A stretch of 64,000 nt of DNA from Candidatus Bathyarchaeota archaeon (GTDB lineage: Archaea; Thermoproteota; Bathyarchaeia; Bathyarchaeales; Bathyarchaeaceae): NCBI GenBank assembly GCA_963697165.1, contig CAVOMX010000011.1, positions 1 through 64,000 of the forward strand, read 5' to 3'. Shown here piece by piece: positions 31,379 to 41,994 of the stretch (its first letter is position 1; every line of letters begins with the position of its first letter). The translations under genes and the position numbers were made by a program. Under the pieces are notes generated by a model, which was not told the origin of the DNA, did not search any database, and saw nothing but the letters and a program-made list of their open reading frames with translations.

Positions 31379-32568
31379 ATGTCTGCTTCGTAACTCCAGA
31401 ATATTTTCCGATTTCAGGAGGAACAGGAGCCTACGTCTATTACTTGTCACATAACCTCCAAAAGCTTGGGCACAATGTTCACGTGGTAGCCAGAGACAAA
31501 CAGGATTCAGAAAAAACAATTAACGGCATCCACGTCCATTACATAAAGGGCGTAGGAAATGCCCTAACTAGATATTGGCGATTCGCCCGCTCAGCCTCCA
31601 AAAAAATAGAAGAACTAAACAAACAGAAAGGGTTGGACATAATTCATGCTAACCTTCCATTGGTTCCAAGTTTTGCAATACCAAACGATTCGTCAAAGGC
31701 AATTGTTTGTGCTGTCCACTCAACTTGGAAAGGAGAAGCAATGGTAACAAAGCGGGACAACCCCAAAGAGTTGAATCCCAACGAAAAGTCGATGCTCAGG
31801 TTCAATTTTGTGCTCAGATCCTATGAAAAGAAGCTGATGAAACGTTCAGACGCCTTGATTGCGGTAAGCAAGTATACCGTTGATGAACTGACTGAACTTT
31901 ATGGCATCAACAAAAAAAAGATTCATGTAATCTACAATGGTGTAGATATACAGAAATTCAAGCCAAGACCAAACAGGGCTGAGTTACGGCGAGAATTCGG
32001 GTTAGAAGAGGACACGAAAATAGTTCTCTTTGTGGGACGACTCTATCACAGAAAAGGTCTAGAAACCCTGTTACATTCGATTCCGCCAGTCCTCAAAGAG
32101 TTCAGTAACGTAAAATTTGTCATATCAGGAAAAGGCTTCAAACAAAAAGAAGAGAGCCTCAAAAACTTGGCAAAACAACTGGACATAGAAGAACACGTAA
32201 CGTTTCTGGGATACGTTCCAGACGAAAAACTTCCCAATCTCTACTCTGCATCTGACATATTTGTGCTGCCCGCAATCTACGAAAACTTTCCATTTGCAAT
32301 ACTTGAAGCCCAATCCACTGGACTTCCAGTTATTTCCACCAAGGTGGGAGGAATACCCGAGTTCTTAGTAGATAATGAAAACGGGTTTTTGATAGACCCC
32401 GGAGACCCAACACAACTAACACAAAGAGTACTGACTCTGCTGCAGGACCCAAAACTTGCAAAAGAAATGGGTGATCGCGGAAGAAGGCTAATAGAAGAAA
32501 AGTTTGATTGGCACCTCATTACAGGCCAAGTAATCGACCTGTACCACAAGCTTTTGGAGACAACTTAA
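31375..32568 (+). CDS. Glycosyltransferase family 4
   Basis: TPEYFPISGG, FVGRL..RKG, ENFPFAILEA; TTG 31375 is the likely start. Confidence 0.92.
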   Translation: MNVCFVTPEYFPISGGTGAYVYYLSHNLQKLGHNVHVVARDKQDSEKTINGIHVHYIKGVGNALTRYWRFARSASKKIEELNKQKGLDIIHANLPLVPSFAIPNDSSKAIVCAVHSTWKGEAMVTKRDNPKELNPNEKSMLRFNFVLRSYEKKLMKRSDALIAVSKYTVDELTELYGINKKKIHVIYNGVDIQKFKPRPNRAELRREFGLEEDTKIVLFVGRLYHRKGLETLLHSIPPVLKEFSNVKFVISGKGFKQKEESLKNLAKQLDIEEHVTFLGYVPDEKLPNLYSASDIFVLPAIYENFPFAILEAQSTGLPVISTKVGGIPEFLVDNENGFLIDPGDPTQLTQRVLTLLQDPKLAKEMGDRGRRLIEEKFDWHLITGQVIDLYHKLLETT

Positions 32569-33568
32569 CTACAATGAGTTGTCCCAGTGTTTATCTACCC
32601 ACTCTTTTCCCTTGATTTCAGTATCGACTTTCCTGTAGACGTTCATGCAGCCCTGTAGCATATTCAAAAAGGGCGTGCCAAAGCAAAGACGGGTGAGAAA
32701 ATAGTTTTTGTATACCCAACGTTGAGCCCTAACAGCAAAATCTGCATATGGAAGCAGGAATGGGCGCTTCACATCCTCAATTTTTTCGCCTATGATTTGA
32801 GTCTCTGTTTCTTCACGTTGATAATGCTTGTCAATGAACTTTAGGTAACTGATGTCAGCCCAGTCAATACCCATGATTTCACAGCATAACTTGTCCATGG
32901 CAAGAAGGTCACTACTTGTTAGGACAAGATTCATTGGTATGACGATTCCCCTGTTGGGTCCGTTTCCTTCCATGGCAAATGTAGCATCCATAACAACAAA
33001 CTTGGGTTTCAGCAGAACAAGCAAATCATGCATAACCATGTCAAAGTTAGGGTGAAGAAAAATGCGCCGATTATTAGGTATGCAGCCGAACAGGTTCTTT
33101 ATGGCGCCGCTATATGATTGTGAACTCGTGAGTCTTCATAACTGGAAGGTCAACAATAGAGTCTGCTTCGACAAGAGTTTTGGGCAACGGAAAATTTTTC
33201 AAGCAAAAGGTTTCAGGATTCTGAACATTCACGATTTCGTCGTTAGATAGGTTAATTGTCTTTCCGCCAGCCTTGGCGACTATCTTTTCTACGCCAGTCA
33301 TTGCCAGAGCATCGTCACAGCAGTAGTTGTAACCATTGGATTCACCAACAACAACCTCTTCAGCCCTGTCCCGAAGAAGGCTAACCAAATGAAAGAGAAG
33401 CTGAGGATTTGTTACAGCCCCCGGAATATAAGTTTTGGAGCACAAGTTCGGTTTAATGAAAACCTTGCCCCGAACATGCTTATCCCAATCCGCAGCTTTC
33501 AGCGCCTCTCGTAAAGCAGACTCCAAACCATCATCAGTTCTGAAGATGCCCATCTTCACCTTCTTCAT
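32569..33568 (-). CDS. DUF362 Fe-S protein; +1 frameshift at ~33118
   Basis: FIKPNL, LPVMKTH, GAIKNLFGC (bridging frame), MEGNGP. Confidence 0.85.
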
Positions 33569-33571
33569 TTG

Positions 33572-34985
33572 TCAGTCACCCTCCGAGAGCTTTTTGATGC
33601 AGCCGGGGTCAGACATAAGATAGTCATCATGATATGAGAAAGCTCTTGCTCTACATCCGCCGCAAACAAACTTGTACTCACACTTGCCGCAACGCCCTTT
33701 CAGTTTTTCTCTGTCTCTGAGATCCTTGAATACTGAAGAGTTAAACCAGATATCTTTTAGTCGTTCCTTCTTTAGATTTCCAACTACTAGGGGCATGAAG
33801 ACACAGGGTTGAACATCCCCTTCGGGAGAGATGGCACAATAGAATCGTCCAGCTCCACAGCCTCCAATGAAGTCGGCTAGAGCCTTGGCTCTTTTGCTTA
33901 TCTTAGCGGCTTCCATGTGCGCAAGAGGCATTATGATATCTTTTTGGTGTTGGAGATTGAGACTGCAAAGCCACCCGAGCGAGCTGCGGAGTTGTACTCA
34001 ATATAGCAATTTTATGGTCCTCAGACAACTTTTTAGTGAAGAAACGTAGAAGCTCCTCACGCTCCTGAGGAGAAAGATCAGCCGCCACTATGTCTTTACC
34101 TCTACCTGTCGGCACAAAATTGAATAATGTGAATCTGTCAATTCCCATGTTCTCAGCCATTTCAAGCACTAAAGGAATTTCTTTTAGGTTATTTTTGGTG
34201 CCTGTTATTGCTACACAGGTACAGATGTTTTTGTCCATACAATTCTTTAATCCCTGTAACGTCTGCTCAAAAGCGCCAGTTTTTCCCCTGAAGAAATCAT
34301 GCGTCTTGGCGTTAGCGCCATCAAGGCTAACTTCCACGTAATGGACACCAATTTCCTTGAGTTTTCTAACGTTCTCTTCGTTAAGCAGGGTCCCATTTGT
34401 TGCTAAAGAAACATATAGTCCCGATTCAACAGCGTGACGTGCAACATCAAAGAAGTCTTTTCTCATCAAGGGTTCACCCCCTGAAAAGGCTAAAGAGGTA
34501 ACGCCGAAATCTGCCAGTTGATCCACAACCTTCATGGCATCCTCGGTAGAAAGCTCCATCTTTGAAATGCTGCCGGAGTCCGAGTAACAGTGCTTACATT
34601 TGAGATTACATTTGTATGTGAAGTTCCATACCACAAGGAAAGGTGCATGAACCTGTATGGGACGATTGAAACCAAACTCAGCAAAACCGGATACTATGCT
34701 GTTTATGGCTCTTCGGGTGTACGAGTCTGCAAAAAGTTTGGAAACACGGCTCTTTTCAACGGCTAATGCCTTTTGTATGAAACCTATCCAGAATCCTATG
34801 ACTCCAGCGTAAAGGCCACAGGAGAAACAAAAGGAGCATTTCTTGCCAGCGTAAGTATCCAGTGCGGTTTCAAGTGGGGTCCTGTTACATTTTTGGCATG
34901 CGGTCAAAGTGGTTTTCAGCATCCATTTTACGGGTGGCGTCTTTAGAACAGCGTTCCATAGTCGTTCGTTTGTCAACAAGTCCAT
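33572..34985 (-). CDS. Radical SAM/SPASM protein with a Cys-containing N-terminal extension; +1 frameshift at ~33942
   Basis: [30 protein letters not shown]...PC...CGKC...CGGCRARA...DPGC. Confidence 0.9.
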
Positions 34986-35261
34986 TGGAATCTTTCCAGA
35001 GGGATGGTTTTAAGATACAATTAAAGTTAGTAGTGGAAACGGTAAAAATAAACTTACCGAGATAAAGAGCCAGACAAAACGTGCAACGTAATCGTGTGGC
35101 GGCTACAGCAAAAAGTTGGAGCCAACCAGTCAAGGGGCACCAGTATTCATCAAGATTTTGTGTTAAAAGTGGTTAGACTCTAATAATAGGTAATATCGAC
35201 AGATTTATGAGGAGGAGTCAGCCCTAACTTTCTAACTAAACTTTAGTTGGGTCGCTTTTAA

Positions 35262-36569
35262 ATGACAGATAATAACGGGGATAAATCGCAACCCTATGAA
35301 GAAGTAGAAAACTGGCCACCCTACACTTACACAGAATATCCAGAGGTTACAGCCGAGAACATTCGCACCTTCACAGAATTTTTGAATACTGAAAACGAAG
35401 TCGGCCTAAAAATGGAGCTGCAACCGTGGGTGTCTTTCTGTGACTCCAAATGCAGTTTTTGCTATTTCCCGAATGAAAGCTTTTCGAGACCCATTATGGC
35501 GCCATATGTTAAGGCTCTAAAGAAAGAGTTGAAAATGTATGCAAAAACCCGCTATATACAAACCAGCGTTTTTGACGAAGTGGTTTTGGGCGGTGGAAGT
35601 CCCACCGTGTTGGATGCAGACCAGCTAGTTGATATCCTATCATTCTGTAAAGAGAACTTCAACCTAACTGATGATGTTATGGTTAAGGTTGCTGGATGCA
35701 CACATAACCTTACTGTGGAGAAACTGAAGGCAATTTCAGATTTCGCTAACAGAGTGGATGCCAGATGCACCCAAATTGATATTGGTGTGCAGACGTTTGA
35801 TAATAAAATAAGAAAAATATTGAATATTGTTGATAGCGCAGAGGATGCATCAAAGGTTATTAAAACTGTGCGTGAAATGGGGATTTATGCCTGTATTGAC
35901 CTGATGTATAATCTTCCTGGAGAGACCATGGATACTGTCAAGAAAGATGTTGAAACTGCAATGGCATTAGAGCCTGAAGGGATTGATTATTATGCACTTA
36001 GCATACATCCAGAAACTCCTCTGCAAAAACAGGTCAATTCTGGAAAGGTGCCGGACTTAGCGGATTCAGAAACAGAGAAAAAGATGTACATAGAAGCGTA
36101 TGAACTGTTCAAGAAAGGAGGCTATAAACCGACAGGGCATAGCCGCTTCTCTTACGTACAAGAGCATTTTACCGAATCTTGTGTTGCAGGATGGCCTTGG
36201 GCGGGACAGCTTACAACTGGTTCCGGCTGTTTCATGGGTTATCTTGGGCCATTTTCGTATTTGAACATCGAGCCTGCACGTGCTTACATCGATTTTGTCT
36301 CTAAAGGAGCTTTCCCAATAGCGAAACTTTCAGTGGACTCCAAAGAGGATACAATGAAAAAGGTAATGACACGACTGTACGTCCGTCAGCCCGTGGACAA
36401 AATCAAATTCAAGAAAGAATTTGGCAAGACACCTGAAGAAGCTTTCCCAGATGCAATAAAACGATTAGTGAGCAAAGGTTTGATTGAGGTTGACAACAAG
36501 GAAATACGAGTAACAGAAAAGGGCGACCTGTGGAGATACAACATCGTATGGGAGTTCTGTGAAAAGTAA
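35262..36569 (+). CDS. HemN-like (class C) radical SAM protein, copy 2
   Basis: SFCDSKCSFCYF, GGGSPT, GVQTFD, DLMYNLPGE. Confidence 0.88.
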   Translation: MTDNNGDKSQPYEEVENWPPYTYTEYPEVTAENIRTFTEFLNTENEVGLKMELQPWVSFCDSKCSFCYFPNESFSRPIMAPYVKALKKELKMYAKTRYIQTSVFDEVVLGGGSPTVLDADQLVDILSFCKENFNLTDDVMVKVAGCTHNLTVEKLKAISDFANRVDARCTQIDIGVQTFDNKIRKILNIVDSAEDASKVIKTVREMGIYACIDLMYNLPGETMDTVKKDVETAMALEPEGIDYYALSIHPETPLQKQVNSGKVPDLADSETEKKMYIEAYELFKKGGYKPTGHSRFSYVQEHFTESCVAGWPWAGQLTTGSGCFMGYLGPFSYLNIEPARAYIDFVSKGAFPIAKLSVDSKEDTMKKVMTRLYVRQPVDKIKFKKEFGKTPEEAFPDAIKRLVSKGLIEVDNKEIRVTEKGDLWRYNIVWEFCEK

Positions 36570-36657
36570 CGCGTGCAGATTTTTATTCTGTTCATGATGA
36601 GCTCTGTTGAGCATAATCGGTTATTAATCACTAAAAACCCGAGGGGGAAACAGAAAC

Positions 36658-37935
36658 ATCAGAAGGGGGTTTAACGGCTTTTTCTATACGCTAATCATAA
36701 TTAGCATGCTAACTGTGACGTTTAATGTTTTGCCGCTTGAAGCAAAATCGGATGTGATAACAGTTCCAGATGAATATTCCTCAATTCAAGAGGCCATTAA
36801 CAATTCAAAATCAGGAGACACTGTTTTCGTTAAATCTGGGATCTACTTTGAGCACATAGTTGTCGACAAAAATGGTTTGAGACTTGCTGGAGAAAACAGG
36901 GATACAACAATAATTGATGGTGCCGGAACAGGCAACACAGTTTATGTGGAGGCAAACAATACTGAGGTAAGTGGCTTCACTGCACAGAATAGTGGCTGCA
37001 ACTTCACTGAAAGTGGAATTTACCTTAACAGTTTGTTCAACACATCTATTTCCAACAACAAAGTAAGCAGCAACCATCTTGGCGTTTACCTGTCTTCGTC
37101 GCCTAACTGTGTTCTCAGAGATAATAACATGACAGGTAACTTCTATAATTTTGGTGTTTCCGGACACAATCTTCAAGAATACATTCATGACATAGATGTT
37201 TCGAATATTGTGGATGAAAAACCCATTATTTACTGGGTTAACCAAACCAACAAGCAGCCTCCAGCCAATGCTGGATATGTAGCTATCATTAACTCCACAA
37301 AAATCACTGTTGAAAACTTAACATTAACAAAGAATTGGCAAGCGGTATTACTTGCATACACCACAAACTCAATTATCAAAAACGTCACAGTTACATCCAA
37401 CATGGATGCTATATGGCTAATAGAGTGCTCTAACTGTGTGGTTTACGGCAATAACGTAAACGAAAATAATTGGGGCGGCATCGCACTGGTAAATTCTTAT
37501 CTTTGTTCTGTTCAGTGCAACAACGTAAATAGCAATAAAGAGTATGGAATTTTCCTATCTTACTCCTCAGACAACATATTTTACCATAACAACTTGAACA
37601 ACAATAAAAGACAGGTTTGGCTTTACGGGGTCAACAACAATGTTTGGGATGCGGGCAATCTAATCGGCGGCAACTACTGGAGCAACTATAACGGCACAGA
37701 CAGTAAAGGAGACAACATTGGGGATACACCATATATCATCGATTCAGACACCAAAGACAGTTACCCACTTATGCAGCCTTGGATAATTCTGCCTCCCGAA
37801 GTCTCACCAATAAGCAGTGTGGTATATCTCATTACGGGGATAGGGACTATAATTGCACTTATTATAGGTATATACCTATTGAAACACCGAAAACGATCCT
37901 TTACTGGCGGCAAAATCCGACATACTGAAGAATAA
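36658..37935 (+). CDS. Exported NosD/CASH parallel beta-helix protein with C-terminal anchor
   Basis: VPDEYSSIQEAIN, Asn-rich repeats, GGNYWSNY, DxYPL, TM tail; signal peptide complete only from ATC 36658 (first ATG 36706). Confidence 0.85.
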   Translation: MRRGFNGFFYTLIIISMLTVTFNVLPLEAKSDVITVPDEYSSIQEAINNSKSGDTVFVKSGIYFEHIVVDKNGLRLAGENRDTTIIDGAGTGNTVYVEANNTEVSGFTAQNSGCNFTESGIYLNSLFNTSISNNKVSSNHLGVYLSSSPNCVLRDNNMTGNFYNFGVSGHNLQEYIHDIDVSNIVDEKPIIYWVNQTNKQPPANAGYVAIINSTKITVENLTLTKNWQAVLLAYTTNSIIKNVTVTSNMDAIWLIECSNCVVYGNNVNENNWGGIALVNSYLCSVQCNNVNSNKEYGIFLSYSSDNIFYHNNLNNNKRQVWLYGVNNNVWDAGNLIGGNYWSNYNGTDSKGDNIGDTPYIIDSDTKDSYPLMQPWIILPPEVSPISSVVYLITGIGTIIALIIGIYLLKHRKRSFTGGKIRHTEE

Positions 37936-37953
37936 AAGGAGAGGGGAGATAAA

Positions 37954-38664
37954 ATGAAGAAACCCAAAGAGCTGATAAAGCTGATACTATTAGTAATGAT
38001 AGTATCTGTTTTCTTGTTTTACCTCAGTGTAGCCGTGTATGGTTGGGACAATTGGGGTTTCGCGATTCTAAACATCATATTTTTTGAAATCTTCGTTTTA
38101 TTTACTCAAGTTAGAAAGAGGCTGGCACGCCTTCCCACAAGCATTTACGTGGCATTCATATTTGCATTATATGCTGAAATGTATGGATTCCCTTTAACGA
38201 TGTACATTTTCACTTGGCTCTTTGGATACAATAACGTGTATACTTTGGGACAACTTCTTGCAGGAGTAATAGGAGAAAACTTGTTTGCCATAATTTTTCA
38301 CATAATCATATTGCCAGTCTCGAGCATAATCATGTTAATAGGGATACTTTTGATCATCTTTGGTTGGAGAAAAATTTTCAAGGCCAAAGGAGAACTTGTG
38401 ACAACGGGCATCTATGCATATGTTCGTAATCCACAGTATCTAGGAATTTTGTTACTCACGTTTGGCATGAACATTCAGTGGCTTACTATTCTTACGCTCT
38501 TGTTGTGGCCCGCCCTCGTTATTGTATATTATCGACTTGCCAAAGAAGAAGCAAAAGAGATAGAGAAGAAATTCGGAGAAGAGTATCTGAAATATAAGCA
38601 GAAGGTTCCCATGTTTATACCGCGGTTACAAATAAGGAAACATGCACAAACTGGTTTGGACTAG
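37954..38664 (+). CDS. Isoprenylcysteine carboxyl/phospholipid methyltransferase (ICMT/PEMT)-family membrane protein
   Basis: EMYGFPLT, LVTTGIYAYVRNPQYLG, EE...FGEEY..Y...VPMFIP. Confidence 0.85.
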   Translation: MKKPKELIKLILLVMIVSVFLFYLSVAVYGWDNWGFAILNIIFFEIFVLFTQVRKRLARLPTSIYVAFIFALYAEMYGFPLTMYIFTWLFGYNNVYTLGQLLAGVIGENLFAIIFHIIILPVSSIIMLIGILLIIFGWRKIFKAKGELVTTGIYAYVRNPQYLGILLLTFGMNIQWLTILTLLLWPALVIVYYRLAKEEAKEIEKKFGEEYLKYKQKVPMFIPRLQIRKHAQTGLD

Positions 38665-38791
38665 AAGCAAAGTCAGTTATGTAAGTTTTGGATATTTCAG
38701 TTCCATAAAAATGATTGATGTTTTGATTCAACAGAGTTAAATTTAAAAAGACTTATCTGAAGTTCCATCATTATTACTATTATGAGCATAA

Positions 38792-39943
38792 ATGAACCGA
38801 AGAAACGTTTTGGTTGTCCTTTTTTGTTCTCTGCTGATTGTTTCCCTTGCATTGCATTATGTTTTCCTTGTTAAAGATTCACCGAAAGGTGAGCCACTAG
38901 AGGTTTTTGTTGGAGTTGATGTAGCTTACGACAACATTGCAGAAATTGAAAGTCTTGCTAACGAAATCAGCAATTACACAAATCTCTTCGTGATCGGTTG
39001 CACCGGCATATCATATAACATCACGCAGCTCTACGAAACGTGTCAATATGTTTTCGAAAAAGGCTTTTCGTTCATAGTTTACTCTGACATGCCTCCTAGA
39101 TTGGAATGGTTTGTATGCTGTTATCTTGATTGTGGCAATCAATGGGGTGAAAAATTTCTGGGATTATATGCTTTTGATGAAGGAGGCGGAAGGCAGTTGG
39201 ACCTTAAAATACCTAGACCTTTTCGTGTTGATGAAGCAGACAACTACACTGATGCCGGAACCAAATTTGTAAATAGTGCAACTGAGCTCCTGAACTGGTA
39301 CTGCCAAGGTTTCAATAGTTCTATGAATTTTCCCTTGTTTACTTCAGACTATGCTCTTTACTGGTTTGACTACAAAGCGGGATATGATGTGGTCTTAGCA
39401 GAGTTTGGCTGGAATTACAGTAGACAATTGAATGTAGCACTCTGCAGAGGGGCAGCTACAGTTCAAAACAAGGATTGGGGAGCAATGATTACTTGGACAT
39501 ATAATGAGCCTCCGTATATTGAATCAGGCGAAGAACTTTACGATGACATGATTTTAGCATATGAAAATGGCGCAAAATATATTGTAGTATTTGACACCAA
39601 CAAAGAATATATCCATGGGATTTTGGAAGAAGAACATTTAGATGCTTTAAAACAATTTTGGCAATACACCCAAGACAATCCCAGAACAACTACTGTAACA
39701 AATAACAGAGTTGCATACGTTCTTCCAAAAGATTATGCATACGGTTTTCGAGGACCAAACGATAAAATTTGGGGCCTATGGGAGGCTGACGATTTTGCAT
39801 TCGAACTATGCACAAACCTTGGCAGTCTACTAGAACAATATGGAACCACATTAGACATAATTTATGATGATGGATTGAATTCTAGCAACACAAACTTATA
39901 TAGTAGACTAATATTTTGGAACGAAACAGTCTACGATACATAA
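38792..39943 (+). CDS. Membrane-anchored exported hypothetical protein
   Basis: N-terminal TM, 383-aa ORF with FDEGGG and DYALYWFDY motifs; function not recognised. Confidence 0.75.
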   Translation: MNRRNVLVVLFCSLLIVSLALHYVFLVKDSPKGEPLEVFVGVDVAYDNIAEIESLANEISNYTNLFVIGCTGISYNITQLYETCQYVFEKGFSFIVYSDMPPRLEWFVCCYLDCGNQWGEKFLGLYAFDEGGGRQLDLKIPRPFRVDEADNYTDAGTKFVNSATELLNWYCQGFNSSMNFPLFTSDYALYWFDYKAGYDVVLAEFGWNYSRQLNVALCRGAATVQNKDWGAMITWTYNEPPYIESGEELYDDMILAYENGAKYIVVFDTNKEYIHGILEEEHLDALKQFWQYTQDNPRTTTVTNNRVAYVLPKDYAYGFRGPNDKIWGLWEADDFAFELCTNLGSLLEQYGTTLDIIYDDGLNSSNTNLYSRLIFWNETVYDT

Positions 39944-39957
39944 GTACGTCAGCGTTG

Positions 39958-41031
39958 TTACTCGCGAAGCGCTTGTGGAATGTAAGCGCATGCGGGATCG
40001 GATTCGAAGATGTCTCCTGTGTAGTATTCGGCTCGTGTTCTGCAGCCGCCGCATATCTCGCGGTATTCGCATATTCCACATTTGCCTTTGAGGTTGCGTT
40101 TGTCTCTTAGCTTCAGATAGAATTCGTCGTGTTGTAGGTCATTCCAGATTTCTCTGAGACTTTTATCTTTCAGGTTAGCCAATTTCAGATGTTCATTAAA
40201 TCCGCAGGGTTTAACGTCTCCATTCGGAGATATGCTCACGTAGTGGCCGTCCATAGTGCATTTACCCAAAAAATCGTTTGCGTACCAGTCCCAGAAATTG
40301 TGCATTCCCCTATCTCTGACTATACGGGCATAGAATGGACTATACACTTTGATGTCAACCTTGCCCTTGTACTCTTGATACAAATCGTAAACATGATTCC
40401 ATAGTGATTCATATTCTTCAGGCGAAGGAGCAAGTTCAACATTATATTTTCCGTTACCTACGGGAACGTAGTTGTGAATAACCACACGTTTAGCATCATA
40501 CTCGTCAGCTACGTTGACTAGATAATCCATTTCTTTAAGGTTAAGTTTTGTAACTGTGGTTACCAGACAATCTAGAAGCCCTACTTTTGACAAGTTTTGA
40601 ATTGCAGAGAGGGCTTTTTTATGTTCACCTTTTCCCCGAAGTTTGTCTTGTACTTCTTCAGGGCCATCAAAGCTAATGGAGGTCATGACGTTTTCTTTTA
40701 TGAGCTTGTTATAAGTATCGCCTTCAACAAAAAGGCCGTTTGTAATCAAGCTTACATTCATGCCCAATTGGTTTGCGTGATGAATTGGTTCAAAAATGTC
40801 TCCACGCGTAAGTGGTTCGCCGCCACTCAATCCAAACCATGTGGCGCCAAAATCATAAATCTCATCTACTACATGCAAGGCGCCTTTAACATCCATTTCG
40901 TCCTCGGCTGGAATCTTAGGAAGGTCTCCACCTCGAAAACTACAATACATACAATTGAGGTTACAGCCATGAGTGCATCGCCAAACCATAATAAACATAG
41001 GTCCTTTAGTTTGCAGGTGAATCAACCTCAT
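39958..41031 (-). CDS. Radical SAM/SPASM protein
   Basis: CNLNCMYC, SGGEPL; C...PC...CGIC...CGGCRTRA...DPAC. Confidence 0.92.
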   Translation of the reverse strand: MRLIHLQTKGPMFIMVWRCTHGCNLNCMYCSFRGGDLPKIPAEDEMDVKGALHVVDEIYDFGATWFGLSGGEPLTRGDIFEPIHHANQLGMNVSLITNGLFVEGDTYNKLIKENVMTSISFDGPEEVQDKLRGKGEHKKALSAIQNLSKVGLLDCLVTTVTKLNLKEMDYLVNVADEYDAKRVVIHNYVPVGNGKYNVELAPSPEEYESLWNHVYDLYQEYKGKVDIKVYSPFYARIVRDRGMHNFWDWYANDFLGKCTMDGHYVSISPNGDVKPCGFNEHLKLANLKDKSLREIWNDLQHDEFYLKLRDKRNLKGKCGICEYREICGGCRTRAEYYTGDIFESDPACAYIPQALRE

Positions 41032-41143
41032 CTTTTAGTATTCTACTACAAGATTTTCCATATATATTAAAATATTGTTTTTACTTACATATAGAAAATA
41101 TGCAAAAGATTTCTACCCCAAAGTGCTTGCTCCATACCTAAAA

Positions 41144-41794
41144 CTATCTTTTTGACTGTAATTCGGCATTTCTGATGACAAAATATCCTTTCGAGCCTTC
41201 CCAGAAAACTTCTGAATCAAGTACGTTTATTCTTTTCTTGTATAGGGGACAATCTAGAACAAAAGTGTGGTATGCTCCAAGTTCACCCGAAGAATTTATT
41301 TTTTGTTGCTTTTCCAGTTCCTCCATTTTCTGTATGATGTTCATGTCTAGTTCTTTTCCAATCCAGCTTTTTCGGGAGCCCCAGGAAGTGTCTAGTTCAA
41401 TTATCTTTGTTTGGAATCCCAGATTCTTTATTTCTTTGAGAGCTGCTATTGGTTTTTTTCCCCAAAGTGGAGCGTAGTGTTCAACGTTTATGGGATCGCA
41501 AATCTGTTTGTACCAATCAATGTGTTCGGGCGTTATCATCACTCCAGAGATAACTTTGGTTGCATTCAAGGCCCTAAGCGTTTTTCTTATTGCGGGCAAT
41601 TCTTTTTCAGTAGTTACAACGGGTATTCCCAGAGTTTCTGACACTAGTTCTAGTAGCCAACTGTTTAATCGATGTGCTTTACTGCCATTTTTCACGAATA
41701 ACAAGTAATCCACGTTGATTCCGCTGTTTAATGCCACGTAAAGTGCGTGCATCGAATCTTTTCCCCCAGACGAAAAAGCAACTACTTTCGACAT
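41144..41794 (-). CDS. DUF71/Dph6-like PP-loop ATPase (diphthine-ammonia ligase family paralogue)
   Basis: SGGKDS PP-loop, APLWG, GExGxYHTFVLDCPL. Confidence 0.8.
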   Translation of the reverse strand: MSKVVAFSSGGKDSMHALYVALNSGINVDYLLFVKNGSKAHRLNSWLLELVSETLGIPVVTTEKELPAIRKTLRALNATKVISGVMITPEHIDWYKQICDPINVEHYAPLWGKKPIAALKEIKNLGFQTKIIELDTSWGSRKSWIGKELDMNIIQKMEELEKQQKINSSGELGAYHTFVLDCPLYKKRINVLDSEVFWEGSKGYFVIRNAELQSKR

Positions 41795-41994
41795 TTTGGT
41801 AACACCTACAGTTCAGTGCAGTAACTTGGCTGTTTTACATCTGTAGAATATGAGCATATAAGAATACCGTGACCACCATCGCAAATAGGTGGATACTCCA
41901 ACGTAGTTTATAACGACTCAAGGGCATAACAAAAATTGGGCACATAACAACGCCACTTGCATTTGACGAGAAAATCAGCATTCTTCAGCTACTA

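Noticed and set aside
35060..35150. Cobalamin riboswitch or precursor peptide in the GC-richer spacer between the SPASM and HemN-like genes
   Set aside because: Only GAGCCAGA resembles a B12 box; other conserved elements are missing, and the short ORFs lack an RBS or recognisable leader/core pattern
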